From assembly GCA_003427395.1 (NCBI GenBank), contig BFEA01000010.1:5321946-5385945 (forward strand): a stretch of DNA of 64,000 bases, written 5' to 3'. Below, one piece after another: positions 62,991 to 64,000 of the stretch. Below the pieces are notes generated by a model that worked only from the letters and a program-made list of their open reading frames with translations, did no database searches and was not told where the DNA came from. How positions within the stretch are numbered: the stretch's first letter is position 1; each line of letters begins with the position of its first letter. This DNA comes from Chara braunii (lineage: Eukaryota > Plantae > Charophyceae). The position numbers were made by a program, and so were the translations under genes.

Positions 62991-63746
62991 TCACGCTCTT
63001 CCGCCACGGCCTCCTTCTGAGCTATCGTCCTCCTCACCTAATTCTTGATCCACGCTGCCACCCGCAGATTCGCCGCTGGTTAGGGTCCACCAAGAGTCCC
63101 GCACCCGCTTCTCTTCGCAAGTTGCTAGCGCGAGATTGGCAACCTCAAGATCGAAAATGCTCCTAATGCCTTCTTGAGAACACCGTTTAATCAACTCTCT
63201 ATCCACCTCTCCGGCCTGTCCTCGAAACAAAGGCTTGATAAATTCTCCGACTAATGCCCACCACTCGAAGTCAGTATCTTTCAGCGATTCCCAGCATCGG
63301 GTGAACAATTTGTGACCCTTCTCCTCTCCTAGGGGGAATTTCTCAATTACCTGCCACCTATTTTGGACCCTCCTTACTGCTACGTCGTTGGGGTAGAGCA
63401 ACCGATAGGCCCAAGTAGGGATCTCCCAGGTCCGGCCGTGAGCCGCGCGCGAAACCTCTAGCCTTCCCCGGTACTCGACCTCATCTAGCACGGGCTCTTC
63501 AGCGCCATCCCCCCTCAACCTTCTAAGGCGACCTAGGGCTCTTCTGGTGATACCCAGTGGGTCCTTTCCTTCCTCTAGTTCAGTTGCAAGAACCTGTCTA
63601 TCGTGGGGAGACCGGAAGATTTTGGCCTTTTGAGTACGAGTACCTTCTTCCCAAACCAACCCAAAACGGACAATTGTCTCTTGCCCGTAGATCTCGAAGA
63701 ACTCCACAACAGTCTCTCCTTCCTCTCCACTTTTGGGGAGGGTCAC
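62991..63746 (-). CDS. Additional ORF upstream of gag, co-oriented, function unknown
   Basis: 251-aa open frame on the element's sense strand; may be a disrupted N-terminal extension of Gag. Confidence 0.5.
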   Translation of the reverse strand: MTLPKSGEEGETVVEFFEIYGQETIVRFGLVWEEGTRTQKAKIFRSPHDRQVLATELEEGKDPLGITRRALGRLRRLRGDGAEEPVLDEVEYRGRLEVSRAAHGRTWEIPTWAYRLLYPNDVAVRRVQNRWQVIEKFPLGEEKGHKLFTRCWESLKDTDFEWWALVGEFIKPLFRGQAGEVDRELIKRCSQEGIRSIFDLEVANLALATCEEKRVRDSWWTLTSGESAGGSVDQELGEEDDSSEGGRGGRA

Positions 63747-64000
63747 GCCATACCTACCCCCTGACTTTCAAGCTCGTTCCAAGGCTCCGACAGAGTTTCC
63801 CCTGTCGTATCTAATCATTGACAACCCTACCTGACCTGTGATAATCTCTCGGCTGCTTCTGCCAACGAATCCTCACACCTCCCTCGAGCGTCCTCGCCTT
63901 GGTCGTGTATTGCTTGTTGCAAGGCTTTTTCGTACTCCCCTGTCCTATCCCAGAACAGGGCCTCAACCAGATACAGCCTAGCTTCGAACGGGGTTCCCAG

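Larger units (their letters stand above)
51818..64000 (-). mobile_element. Ty3/Gypsy LTR retrotransposon (gag-PR-RT-RH-INT order); 5' end lies outside the window
   Basis: Minus-strand domains in Gypsy order, followed by a long 3' non-coding region and a candidate PPT/LTR. Confidence 0.9.

Overview
Eukaryotic, repeat-saturated scaffold segment with microsatellites, N-gaps and a Nextera mate-pair adapter. Element types and composition suggest a large charophyte-type green-algal genome such as Chara; this is inference, not shown. No intact host gene is recognisable. Contents, left to right: (1) PLE-A, a ~6.8-kb Penelope-like element (4147-10954) with ~1.1-kb direct repeats that each carry a minimal hammerhead ribozyme, a coiled-coil ORF1 and an in-frame ORF2 with N-terminal GIY-YIG endonuclease plus RT (Naiad/Chlamys-type domain order). 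(2) PLE-B, a giant ~17-kb Penelope-like element (11835-29105) with ~1.45-kb hammerhead-containing direct repeats, an apparently spliced sense-strand ORF1/RT gene, no visible GIY-YIG, and several small antisense ORFs inside its large introns. (3) An array of eight degenerate copies of a ~70-nt motif just upstream of an intronless, slightly decayed gene fusing a Josephin (ataxin-3-like) deubiquitinase domain to two RING-like fingers. (4) A decayed L1/Tx1-type LINE interrupted by a 2.4-kb insertion. (5) A minus-strand Ty3/Gypsy element running off the right end. The best candidates for an undescribed system are the giant intron- and cargo-bearing ribozyme PLE and the Josephin-RING-RING fusion. 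All family assignments come from reading motifs by eye; no searches were run.
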